Source: an uncultured candidate division Zixibacteria bacterium
GTDB taxonomy: Bacteria; Zixibacteria; MSB-5A5; GN15; FEB-12
DNA: 64,000 nucleotides
Direction: 5' to 3'
Assembly (NCBI GenBank): GCA_963735035.1
Contig: CAVTJJ010000006.1
Span: forward strand, 96,001-160,000
Shown here: in pieces, positions 20,601-28,747 of the stretch
Position numbering within the stretch: the first letter of the stretch is position 1
Layout of the letters: each line of letters opens with the position of its first letter
Translations under genes and position numbers: made by a program
Notes under the pieces: model-generated
The model's input: the letters and a program-made list of their open reading frames with translations, nothing else
The model's database searches: none
Told to the model about the DNA's origin: nothing

Positions 20601-20853
20601 GGGGAACTATCAAATCAAGTTCCATCACCTCCCCAAGGTGTGTTCGATCTCGATCTACAACCTGGCGGGTGATTTTATTACCCGGATAGACAAGAACGAT
20701 GATACGCCGATGGCTGAATGGAACCTGCAGTCCGATAATCGGATTCCGGTGTCCTCAGGCATATATATTTACGTCGTCGATGCTCCCGGCTTCGGTCAGA
20801 AAATCGGCAAGCTGGCTGTTTTCTACGAAGACGAAGTGCTCACGATCTACTAA
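17644..20853 (+). CDS. Large secreted protein (~1070 aa) with T9SS/FlgD-Ig-like C-terminal domain
   Basis: Signal peptide; WSDPDLGG...DDLVG; Fn3-like PPAPPV...LNW...FEGYTVY; Ca-binding-like DLNGDG; CTD IKAVPNPF...IKFHHLP...ISIYNLAGD...WNL...VSSGIYIYVV. Confidence 0.75.
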   Translation: MKIKLLACLLVLLFGLPLMAAPPKGISAQDGALTVDNSVFIDANKILMFVTNHGNFGRDLGGRFGYDYGTFFPFTSVPAIDDGSNVTSPYYAGGIWVGGRDSATGDTLVTVAIYSDEYVPGPALGGTFQADRAEFHVYKLFQDSLTSNPNADYTNWPWDQGASRHYIYTVDTTVLPWDSTLVDSVPGIIGDQFCWSACNDFNPAQHNNSSGSTAPLGIEVKTSTFAFSREDPLGNCLFIRFQIYNRGDKVLENCLFSIWSDPDLGGSGDDLVGVDTLTNLAYCYNATNSDQKYGSTPPAIGIDFFQGPLEYTGLETDTAKMWGKLWPGYKNMGMYSFNKYVNGTDPNDWRESYRFMAGLDAKNGGAPFVNPTTGQVTRYVMTGDPVTETGWRDNTPADRRMQETTGPITFRPGDSIEIVCAMVIGRGGDRLSSISVMRYYDRFAQDAYDKDFVLAQPPAPPVVSVAQLENEVVLNWTDTSEVDHGDYPFEGYTVYQGPGSSGPWTRIANFDVVNGVAQILDEVLDPATTALEQRLVKLGTDNGIMRYFTVTQDYLTGGPLRNLTTYYFRVEAYSFDNIATPKTLTSANLDPIELIPRAPVANETYSMVVGEFDSVVHVSGVSDGIITAEVIDPSILTGHTYRVTFEENNEAGLHAGNALGVAWFLIDSTSGDTLLRDMTNLSGDNNYPIKDGFMCRVSGPPLLGLAYQYVAPATPNISPVAAVDDTAYTGDRWFTGDPVNGGELMFGGIFMEPNFWGSTSLGPTDYPTIEVRWRPMQSYTDLNGDGHYTIGEPYVVDDTTLTQRAFMYQGFAGGLYQGFNKVPFSAWDVSDPANPRQVNVVVRDRDANGQWDENWLADTIANPADTILPRRGDLQYNYTWILNTTYDPTGTMYGDGTGGSVDFWSYDDGNGLWDAAWMMWLYPRTRPELGAEGILRLVPPAVITGNDSYSFVPAAPTAVVPSEQALAAIKAVPNPFYLFGPYDPAVGNYQIKFHHLPKVCSISIYNLAGDFITRIDKNDDTPMAEWNLQSDNRIPVSSGIYIYVVDAPGFGQKIGKLAVFYEDEVLTIY

Positions 20854-20862
20854 GGCAAGGAG

Positions 20863-21858
20863 ATGACGAAAATGAAACTGAAACTTGTATTCATGACGGT
20901 GGTTCTCCTGGTCTTAGGCCTGAGTACGGCCTTTGCGGGGAACGCCGCTAGAATCGGCAGCGCGGGCGCCCAGGAACTGCGTGTTCCTTTCGGCTCGCGT
21001 GGCACCGCCATGAGCGGCGCCGTTATCGCCAACGTGCAGGGTGTCGAGTCGATGTACTGGAATCCGGCCGGGTTGGCGTCTTTGGAGGGTACCGAGGCGA
21101 TGTTCTCGTACCTGCCCTATATCGCCGACATCAAGCAGAACTTTGTCGGCATTGCGACCAACGTCGAGAACTTCGGCACCATCGGTTTTGGTGCCAAGAT
21201 CATGTCTATTGGTGACATGGAAGAGACCACGCAGGAATTTCCTGATGGCACCGGCCGCCTTTTCAATCCGTCGCTGGCTGTTATCAATATCAGCTACGCA
21301 CGGATTCTGACGGCCAACGTGTCGTTTGGCGCCACGGCTATGTTCATCAATGAGCAAATCGCCGAGGCGAAGGCGACCGGTCTGGCGTTTGACGTCGGCT
21401 TCATGTACGATCCGGCTTGGCACGGTTTCAAGATGGGTATAGCCATGAAGAACTACGGTTCGGAAATGCATTTCTCCGGTCGTGGTTTCGACCGCAGCCT
21501 TGACGGCCGTCCGGTGAGCCCACTTGCGGCCCCCTTCGATCTGCCGGCCTGTATCAACATGGGCATGTCAAAGGATTTCGTTCAGGGCGACAATGTGCTC
21601 TCGATGAATGGCAACTTCGTGGCCAACACCTATTCCAACGACGTTGTCCAGGGCGGGTTGGAGTACGGTTACAAAGGGCTCTACTTCCTCCGCGGAGGGT
21701 ACAACTACTCGAAGCAGAGCGAATGGATTCACGGAGCAACCTTGGGAGCCGGTTTGACAGTTGAACTGGGTGAGACCAAAGCCAGGTTCGAATACTCGTG
21801 GAACCAGACTGATGTCTTTGACGACAACCAGCATTTCACGGTGAGCATGAGCTTCTAA
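20863..21858 (+). CDS. PorV/PorQ-family outer-membrane beta-barrel
   Basis: Signal peptide, GAQELRVPFGSRGTAM.GA, YWNPAGLA, D.G.MY, GGLEY...LRGGY, terminal Phe. Confidence 0.8.
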   Translation: MTKMKLKLVFMTVVLLVLGLSTAFAGNAARIGSAGAQELRVPFGSRGTAMSGAVIANVQGVESMYWNPAGLASLEGTEAMFSYLPYIADIKQNFVGIATNVENFGTIGFGAKIMSIGDMEETTQEFPDGTGRLFNPSLAVINISYARILTANVSFGATAMFINEQIAEAKATGLAFDVGFMYDPAWHGFKMGIAMKNYGSEMHFSGRGFDRSLDGRPVSPLAAPFDLPACINMGMSKDFVQGDNVLSMNGNFVANTYSNDVVQGGLEYGYKGLYFLRGGYNYSKQSEWIHGATLGAGLTVELGETKARFEYSWNQTDVFDDNQHFTVSMSF

Positions 21859-21885
21859 CCTGTGGGATAGTTCTTTGTTCTGTAC

Positions 21886-21921
21886 GGCCGGGCGCCCAAC
21901 CAGCGCCCGGCCTTTCTATTT
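21886..21921 (+). terminator. Intrinsic terminator after the TonB receptor-PorV operon
   Basis: GGCCGGGCGC / GCGCCCGGCC 10-bp stem followed by TTTCTATTT. Confidence 0.75.
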
Positions 21922-22141
21922 GGCGTATCCGCCGTTGCCTTGGGGACTTACGGCCAGGGGCACTTGTTGGGATCATATCTGTTGTGAGAGGTGAGGGTTT
22001 GCAGAACCGGTCCGGCTTGCCTCGGGTTTCGTAATTCCGATGACATTACGGAGATAATAGGTAAGGTTGCTCGGACATTGCTTGACAGAACCGGTTTCTG
22101 AGATATTTTGCGCGGGTGTTTTGTGAACGTCTGGAGGATGC

Positions 22142-23020
22142 ATGCCCAATGTAGTCGATAACCGGCCTCTTAGCGATATGGTTTGGAAGATGCGGGTCCA
22201 TGTACCCAAGTTGGTCGCCAAGGCAAAAGCGGGCCAGTTTGTCATTATTAGAGTCAACGAGCAGGGCGAACGGGTGCCTATGTCTATCGCCGGACTGGAC
22301 CCGGCCAACGGCCTGCTGACAATAATTTACCAGGTGGTCGGGAAGACCAGCGCCTTGATGACCACCATTCCCGCGGGTGGCCAGATTTCGGATTGTGTCG
22401 GTCCCCTGGGGCTGGCGTCGCATGCCGAGAATTGGGGGACGGCCTGCGTTATCGGTGGCGGTATTGGAATCGCGCCGATATACCCGATCGCCCAGGCTTA
22501 CAAGAAGGCCGGCAACAAGGTTCATACAATAATAGGGGCTCGAAACAAGAGCCTCTTGTTCTACGAAGAAGAGCACAAGGCGGTCGCCGATCAGCTTCAT
22601 GTCTGTACCGACGACGGTTCCTACGGGCGCCACGGCTTCGTGTCGGACGTTCTGAAGGGGTTGCTCGACGGCGGTGAGAAGATCGGTATGATCATGGCTA
22701 TCGGACCGGTGCCAATGATGAAGGTTGTGGCCAATCTGACCCGGAGCTACAACGTCCCGACCTGGGTATCGCTCAACCCGCTGATGGTGGACGGTACCGG
22801 AATGTGCGGCGGGTGCCGCGTTAAGGTTGGCGACGAAACCAAGTTTGCTTGCGTTGACGGCCCCGATTTCGACGGCCACAAGGTCGATTTTGCGCTGCTG
22901 TCGTCGCGTTTGGCGGCCTACCGAGATCAGGAAAGACACGCCATGAAGAAGCTGCTGGAAGATCCCAACTGCCGTCTGACCCAGGCAGTGAAGGGATTCC
23001 GTTACCCGGATCAACAGTAA
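22142..23020 (+). CDS. nfnA: Electron-bifurcating transhydrogenase small subunit (sulfide/dihydroorotate dehydrogenase-like FAD/NAD-binding)
   Basis: AGQFVI.R...GERVP.SIA, GPLG, GGGIGIAP, TDDGSYG, IGPVPMMK, MVDGTGMCGGCRV...FACVDGP.FDGH. Confidence 0.88.
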   Translation: MPNVVDNRPLSDMVWKMRVHVPKLVAKAKAGQFVIIRVNEQGERVPMSIAGLDPANGLLTIIYQVVGKTSALMTTIPAGGQISDCVGPLGLASHAENWGTACVIGGGIGIAPIYPIAQAYKKAGNKVHTIIGARNKSLLFYEEEHKAVADQLHVCTDDGSYGRHGFVSDVLKGLLDGGEKIGMIMAIGPVPMMKVVANLTRSYNVPTWVSLNPLMVDGTGMCGGCRVKVGDETKFACVDGPDFDGHKVDFALLSSRLAAYRDQERHAMKKLLEDPNCRLTQAVKGFRYPDQQ

Positions 23021-23089
23021 TTGCGGGTCATGTCGTAACACTTATAGACAGTCGATTCGATTGGACGCTGATATAGCTTGGAGTTGGTC

Positions 23090-24514
23090 GTGGTTGAAAA
23101 GTTGAAACCGAAAGATAGAATGAAGGTCCCCCGGGTATCGATGCCGGAGCAGAAGCCCGAGGTACGTCGACATAATTTTCAGGAAGTGCCGTGCGGCTTG
23201 ACCGAAGAGCAGGCTCTTCAGGAAGCTTCGCGTTGTCTGGATTGCCCCAAGAAACCGTGTGTAGCAGGATGCCCGGTCGAGGTTGATATCCCTGGATTCA
23301 TCAACCTGGTGCTCGAAAAAGACTACGCCGGCGCGGCGCGCAAGATCAAGCAAACCAATGCCCTGCCCGCTGTGTGCGGACGCGTCTGCCCTCAGGAAGA
23401 GCAGTGCGAAGTCGTTTGCGTGACCGGCAAGAAAGGCCGTTCGGTGGCGATCGGCTATCTGGAACGGTTCGTGGCCGACTACGAGCGCGATAACAAACTT
23501 GTCGAGATCCCGCAGGTCGCTCCGCCTACCGGTCGAAATGTAGCAATGGTCGGTTCCGGTCCGGCCGGTTTAACCGTTGCCGGAGATCTTATCAGGCTGG
23601 GCCACAAGGTTACCATCTTTGAAGCTCTGCATAAGCCGGGCGGCGTGTTGGTTTATGGCATCCCGGAATTTCGTCTGCCCAAAGCTATCGTGCAGGCCGA
23701 GTGTGATGTGCTCGCCAGCACCGGGGTCGAGTTCAAGAATTCGACCGTGGTCGGTAAGATGGACACAGTTGATGAATTGTTCGAGCAGGGGTTCGACGCG
23801 GTCTTTATCGGCACCGGCGCCGGACTGCCGAATTTCATGGGGATCGAAGGCGAGAACCTGATCGGTATCTATTCGGCCAACGAATACCTGACCCGCTCCA
23901 ACTTGATGCGTGCTTACGACCCGGATGGCGCCGACACGCCGATCATTCGCGGCAAGAATGTCGCGGTGCTGGGCGGCGGCAACACCGCCATGGACGCGGT
24001 GCGTACGTCGCTTCGTCTCGGCGCGGGACACGCATACATCGTGTATCGCCGCTCGGAAAAAGAGATGCCGGCCCGTATCGAAGAAGTTCACCACGCCAAA
24101 GATGAAGGCGTCGAGTTTCATATGCTGACCGCCCCGATCAAGTTCATCGGTGACGACAAGGGCAAAGTAAAGGCGATGGAATGCATCACGATGGAATTGG
24201 GCGAGCCGGATGCGTCGGGACGCCGTCGCCCGGTCCCGATGGAAGGCTCTAACTTCATTATGGAAGTCGACCTCGTTGTAGTGGCGATCGGCAACTCGTC
24301 TAATCCGCTCATCCAGGCTACCACCCCCGGTCTTACGACCAATAAGTGGGGCAATATTACGGTCAACGAAGAGACGATGGAAACCTCGCGCAAAGGCGTC
24401 TACGCCGGTGGTGATATTGTCACGGGTGGAGCGACCGTTATTCTCGCGGCTGGCGCGGGGAAGAAGGCGGCTCGCGCGATGCACAAGTACCTGATGGAAG
24501 AGGTCAAGAAGTAG
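23090..24514 (+). CDS. nfnB: Electron-bifurcating transhydrogenase large subunit (GltD-like)
   Basis: EASRCLDC...CVAGCPV, CGRVCPQEEQCE, GSGPAG, YGIPEFRLPK, GGGNTAMD, AGGDIVTGGATVILA; GTG start after GGAG (TTG at 23078 is an alternative); follows nfnA. Confidence 0.88.
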   Translation: MVEKLKPKDRMKVPRVSMPEQKPEVRRHNFQEVPCGLTEEQALQEASRCLDCPKKPCVAGCPVEVDIPGFINLVLEKDYAGAARKIKQTNALPAVCGRVCPQEEQCEVVCVTGKKGRSVAIGYLERFVADYERDNKLVEIPQVAPPTGRNVAMVGSGPAGLTVAGDLIRLGHKVTIFEALHKPGGVLVYGIPEFRLPKAIVQAECDVLASTGVEFKNSTVVGKMDTVDELFEQGFDAVFIGTGAGLPNFMGIEGENLIGIYSANEYLTRSNLMRAYDPDGADTPIIRGKNVAVLGGGNTAMDAVRTSLRLGAGHAYIVYRRSEKEMPARIEEVHHAKDEGVEFHMLTAPIKFIGDDKGKVKAMECITMELGEPDASGRRRPVPMEGSNFIMEVDLVVVAIGNSSNPLIQATTPGLTTNKWGNITVNEETMETSRKGVYAGGDIVTGGATVILAAGAGKKAARAMHKYLMEEVKK

Positions 24515-24517
24515 ATT

Positions 24518-24967
24518 CGTAGGGCAGAACCCCTTGCGGTTCTGCCCTACGTGCAAGGTTGCGGCAGGTCCTGCGTCGCCGAAGGCGGCGTGTGACCTGC
24601 CGCTTTTCATTATTGGACGATCTTGTGCGTGGCGTACCTCCCGGTACGCCACGTATTCGTTGGGGGTGACGAGAAACCCGTCAACGAAAGGTTAATGGCA
24701 TAATGTCGAAACCGCCCGAAACGGGCTGGTTTCGACCTATATGGGAGATATCGGTACGGGTGTCAAGTGCTCAAGTTTGTTTCAGTCGTCGTCATGCTTC
24801 GACCCTTCGACAAGCTCAGGGCTCAGCATGACGGAAAGGTAAGTTGATATTGAATCGACGGGGGATCTCGATCTGCAAGACCTCTTAGGCGGCAGGGCTG
24901 GAACCCTGCCGATCGGAGATAGATGCAGCTCGCCTCCCACTATGTCGGCAGATGTGGACATCTGCCG
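24518..24967. repeat. Cluster of about 8 REP-like palindromes
   Basis: Hairpins at 24518-24551, 24561-24603, 24628-24653, 24656-24688, 24705-24736, 24790-24833, 24890-24911 and 24946-24967. Confidence 0.7.
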
Positions 24968-25000
24968 GGCACGGATTTGATATGAACGGGAGTAATAACG

Positions 25001-25324
25001 CTACCAAATCCCCAACTGGTCTTTGGCCAGATCGGTACACATCGTCTTCGGATCCCAGATAGGGTCCCATACGAGTACGACTTCGACTTTTTTCACGCCC
25101 TCGACTTTTTCGGCGGCGCGGTGCGCCTGACCGATTAACATCTCGCCATAAGGGCAGGCGGGGGTGGTCAGTGTCATCTTGATGCGGACATTGCCGTTGT
25201 CGGCGATGGCAATGTCATAGATGAGCCCTAAATCGACTATGCCTATCATGATTTCGGGATCGTGTACCGGCTTGAGCGCGTCGATAATCTTGTCCCGAAG
25301 AGCGTCTTTTTCCTGCTTGGTCAT
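25001..25324 (-). CDS. sufT: DUF59 / SufT-like Fe-S assembly factor
   Basis: DPEI...IVDLGLIY, MTLTTPACP, LVWDP.W. Confidence 0.85.
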   Translation of the reverse strand: MTKQEKDALRDKIIDALKPVHDPEIMIGIVDLGLIYDIAIADNGNVRIKMTLTTPACPYGEMLIGQAHRAAEKVEGVKKVEVVLVWDPIWDPKTMCTDLAKDQLGIW

Positions 25325-25331
25325 AGGAAGA

Positions 25332-25811
25332 TTACTCCTGTTCGGTCGACACGGCGGGGGTGTCTGTCCCCTTGCCGGAGGCGTAGCGTTCGAGTCCATC
25401 GACCAAAGTGACCCAGGCCAGTAGAGCGCATTTCACTCTGACGGGGAAGTTCCGCACGCCCTTGAGTGATTCGATGTCCTCGAATTCTGGCGGCAATTGA
25501 ACATCTTCTTCACCCTTCAGCATTCGCCGGACAATCTGCGCCAATCGCTGGACTTCCTCAAACGGCATTCCCTTGACTGCTTCGGCGAGCATCGATCCGG
25601 ACGCGACTGAAATGGCGCACCCTTTACAATCGACGTGAACATCTTTCAATACGCCGTTTTCGACCTGCGCGGTCAGCGAAATCTCATCGCCGCACGCCGG
25701 GTTAGTGCCGTCCGATTTGACATTGGCCTGTGTCAGTGGCTGCTTGCCACGGGGTGAATGATAATGGTCGAGAATGACTTCTCGATACATGTCGTCAAGC
25801 TGGGAACTCAT
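25332..25811 (-). CDS. sufU: SUF-system NifU-family sulfur transfer protein
   Basis: YREVILDHY..P, NPACGD, GCAISVASGS, PVRVKCALL.W. Confidence 0.9.
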   Translation of the reverse strand: MSSQLDDMYREVILDHYHSPRGKQPLTQANVKSDGTNPACGDEISLTAQVENGVLKDVHVDCKGCAISVASGSMLAEAVKGMPFEEVQRLAQIVRRMLKGEEDVQLPPEFEDIESLKGVRNFPVRVKCALLAWVTLVDGLERYASGKGTDTPAVSTEQE

Positions 25812-27115
25812 ACGCCAAAGTACTTTCTCATTTCCTTCAGGCTTTCAACCAACACATCGATATCCTGTTTGTCATTATAGATATAGAATGATGCGCGCGC
25901 AGTAGCAACTTTGCCCATGGCCCGCATCAGCGGCTGGGCGCAATGATGCCCCGCCCGTATCGCCACTCCCCGGGAATCGAGGAAAGTGCCGATATCGTGC
26001 GGGTGGATAACCGGGTCAGTAAATGAAATCGCCCCGCCCCGCTGCTCCACATCCTGCGGACCCTGGATTTCCAATCCCGGAAGTTCGGCCAGATGCCCGA
26101 ACGCATACCGGGTCAATTCTGTTTCGTGATGATGCACACTTGCCATACCCAACCGGTCGAGATAATCGAGAGCGGCATTGAAGGCTATAACTCCAGAAAT
26201 ATTCGGGGTACCGGCTTCAAAGCGGTGAGGGATATCATTCCAGGTGACGCGGTCGAGACGGACTTCGCGAATCATTTCACCACCGGTACGAAACGGCGGC
26301 ATCTCTTCAAGAATCTCCCGCTTACCCCAGAGCACGCCGACCCCGGTCGGGCCGAGCATCTTATGGGCTGAGAAGGCGAAGAAATCGGCGCCGAGCGCGC
26401 GTACGTCGACCGGGCAGTGCGGTGCCGATTGAGCTCCGTCGACTACCACTATCGCCCCATGTTTGTGAGCGACCGCGGCAATCTCCGCCACCGGATTGAT
26501 TGTTCCGAGCACGTTTGACATGTGGGTGAGCGCCACAATCTTCGTGCGTCCTGTTATGATCGTATCAAGATTGCTCAGGTCGAGATGACCGCATACCGTT
26601 ATCGGGATGGCTTTCAGGATGGCCTTCTTGCGCTGCGCCAACTGATACCAGGGCACGAAATTGGCATGGTGTTCCATTTCGGTGATGACGATCTCATCAC
26701 CTTCATGGACGTTCAAATCACCCCAGGCGAATGCAATCAGGTTGAGCGAGTCGGTTGCACCGGAAGTGAAAATGACTTCTTCGGAGTCAACCCCGCCGAT
26801 AAACCGGGCAACGTGAGTGCGTGTAGCCTCATAGGCCTGGGTGGATCGATCTGCCAGCGTGTGTATCCCCCGATGGATATTGGCGTGGTTGTGCCTATAG
26901 TGTTCGAGAATCGCGTTGATAACCTCACGCGGCTTTTGCGACGACGCTGCGCTGTCCAGATAGACGAGCGGATACCCATTGACCTTCTGGCTCAGAACGG
27001 GAAAATCCGCCTTAATAGTAGCGACGTCTAGCTCCTTTACGAGGCTTTCCGTCGAAAGAATATTCTTCCTTGTGTCCGGTTGCATATCGTTCTCTCGTTT
27101 CGGCTCGCGTTGCAT
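25808..27115 (-). CDS. sufS: Cysteine desulfurase, SufS type
   Basis: YLDSAASSQKP, ANIHRG.H, EHHAN, SAHKMLGPTG.G, FEAGTP, RAGHHCAQP; alternative start at 27085. Confidence 0.93.
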   Translation of the reverse strand: MQREPKRENDMQPDTRKNILSTESLVKELDVATIKADFPVLSQKVNGYPLVYLDSAASSQKPREVINAILEHYRHNHANIHRGIHTLADRSTQAYEATRTHVARFIGGVDSEEVIFTSGATDSLNLIAFAWGDLNVHEGDEIVITEMEHHANFVPWYQLAQRKKAILKAIPITVCGHLDLSNLDTIITGRTKIVALTHMSNVLGTINPVAEIAAVAHKHGAIVVVDGAQSAPHCPVDVRALGADFFAFSAHKMLGPTGVGVLWGKREILEEMPPFRTGGEMIREVRLDRVTWNDIPHRFEAGTPNISGVIAFNAALDYLDRLGMASVHHHETELTRYAFGHLAELPGLEIQGPQDVEQRGGAISFTDPVIHPHDIGTFLDSRGVAIRAGHHCAQPLMRAMGKVATARASFYIYNDKQDIDVLVESLKEMRKYFGV

Positions 27116-27430
27116 TCAATCGTTCAAACGTACGAGAATATTATCGCCGTCGATTTCGACCTCGTATGTGTCAATCGGCACCACCGCCGGCGGTCCGGTG
27201 ACAGCTCCGGTCTTCAGATCGAAGCGGGCGCCGTGGCGCATGCAGACTACCTCGCCGCCGTCGATTTCGCCGTCCGAAATAGGCGCCGAATCGTGAGTAC
27301 ACACATCAGCCATAGCGAAGAAACCTTCCTCGGTGTGCGCGATCACAATTCTATCCTGGCCGACCTCGAATTGTTTCATGTCGCCAAGCGGAATGTCTCC
27401 GGTCCGGGCGACTCGTCTCAATACACTCAT
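27116..27430 (-). CDS. Rieske-type [2Fe-2S] ferredoxin
   Basis: CTH...CMRHGARFD..TG motif. Confidence 0.9.
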   Translation of the reverse strand: MSVLRRVARTGDIPLGDMKQFEVGQDRIVIAHTEEGFFAMADVCTHDSAPISDGEIDGGEVVCMRHGARFDLKTGAVTGPPAVVPIDTYEVEIDGDNILVRLND

Positions 27431-27431
27431 G

Positions 27432-28745
27432 TTATAACCTGCTCAACCGTTCATCGACAAACTGACTGATCTCTGCTCTGAGATCAGCAGGTACCTGTTC
27501 CATGGTCTTGGCTACAAATCCCGACACGATCATCCGCGCCGCGTCCTTGGGAGCAATGCCGCGGCTATTGAGATAGAAGAGGAGCAACGGATCAATCGGG
27601 CCGATGGTTGCACCGTGCGAGCACATGACATCCTCGTTTAGGATTTCTAGTTCGGGGATAGTCTCCGCTTTGGCGCCCTCGTTCAAGATCAGGTTTCGGT
27701 TTTCCTGGTAGGCCTCGCAGCCAGGGGCGTGTTTCTCGATTCTGATTAGCCCGGTATAGGCGGAAGTAGACTTGCCACCCAGAACGACTTTGAAATCGAT
27801 ATTCGACCGCGTCTTGCCGGAGGCGTGATGGTGTAGCGTATGATTGTCGAAATGCTGATAGCTCGATCCGAACAGAAGACCATATATCCGACTCTCCGCT
27901 CCGGGTCCGTTCAGGACTACACCGAAATTCTGCTTGGACAGAGTGCCACCGAAGGCGAGGGGAACCGTCAGCATCTGCGCGCCACGTCCGATGATCGCCC
28001 GGTGCGTTTGATAGAACCGGGTCGCTGGAGCGAGGCGCTGAAGCGAGATATAGCGAACACGGCTGTCATCTTGGGCAACAATCTCGACCGCCCCGTTGCC
28101 ATACGCAAAGTCGTCGGTATCGGCAGCCGGCCCGCCGCCGTATTCATCAATCAGAGTCAGCTCAGCATTCTTCCCTATCACTACCAGAAGGCGTGGATAT
28201 GTTGCGGAAGCGGATCCGCCCACCTGACGTAGCAGATGGACAGGCTTTTCAATAACCATGTTGTCAGGGACGTAGATGAAAATGCCGTCCTGCCAGAGTG
28301 CCCCGTTCATGGCTTCGAATTTGCCCGTTTCGGCGTTAACGAGGCTATAAAGATGCGGTTCCACCAATTTATGGTGAGCCTTCACCGCCTCTGACAGACG
28401 GCTTACAATCAGTCCCTGGTGAAAGCTCTTGTCAAAACCGTAACTCGTAATGTCGCGCCCGGCGATATCGGTGACCAGCCCTTCCAGAAGACCTCCCGCG
28501 AGATGCTTCTGTTCGAGTGACTTGGCAGTCTCGAACTTCCCATTGGTGGAACGAGCTTGCGATTTCGGCTCGAAAATGAACTGGGCCGGATCGGTATACC
28601 GCCACAGGTGCAGCCCCCGCTGGGGGAGGGGAAGCGAGTTGAATGTCTCGCGCTGGGCCTGACGTCGGCTTGTAAGCCAGGCCGGCCCGCGCTGCAGCTC
28701 ATCTGATAAGTCGGGAATGGAATATGGTAAGTTGGATGTCTTCAT
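27432..28745 (-). CDS. sufD: Fe-S cluster assembly protein SufD
   Basis: WRYTD, DGIFIYVP, PELEILNEDV.CSHGATIG, FYL.SRGI. Confidence 0.9.
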   Translation of the reverse strand: MKTSNLPYSIPDLSDELQRGPAWLTSRRQAQRETFNSLPLPQRGLHLWRYTDPAQFIFEPKSQARSTNGKFETAKSLEQKHLAGGLLEGLVTDIAGRDITSYGFDKSFHQGLIVSRLSEAVKAHHKLVEPHLYSLVNAETGKFEAMNGALWQDGIFIYVPDNMVIEKPVHLLRQVGGSASATYPRLLVVIGKNAELTLIDEYGGGPAADTDDFAYGNGAVEIVAQDDSRVRYISLQRLAPATRFYQTHRAIIGRGAQMLTVPLAFGGTLSKQNFGVVLNGPGAESRIYGLLFGSSYQHFDNHTLHHHASGKTRSNIDFKVVLGGKSTSAYTGLIRIEKHAPGCEAYQENRNLILNEGAKAETIPELEILNEDVMCSHGATIGPIDPLLLFYLNSRGIAPKDAARMIVSGFVAKTMEQVPADLRAEISQFVDERLSRL

Positions 28746-28747
28746 GA

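Noticed and set aside
23078..24514. Glutamate synthase small subunit (gltD)
   Set aside because: No gltB nearby; pairing with the upstream NfnA-type gene indicates NfnB
24518..24967. CRISPR array or intact IS element
   Set aside because: No identical direct repeats with regular spacers, no cas or transposase ORF, and no terminal inverted repeats with target duplication
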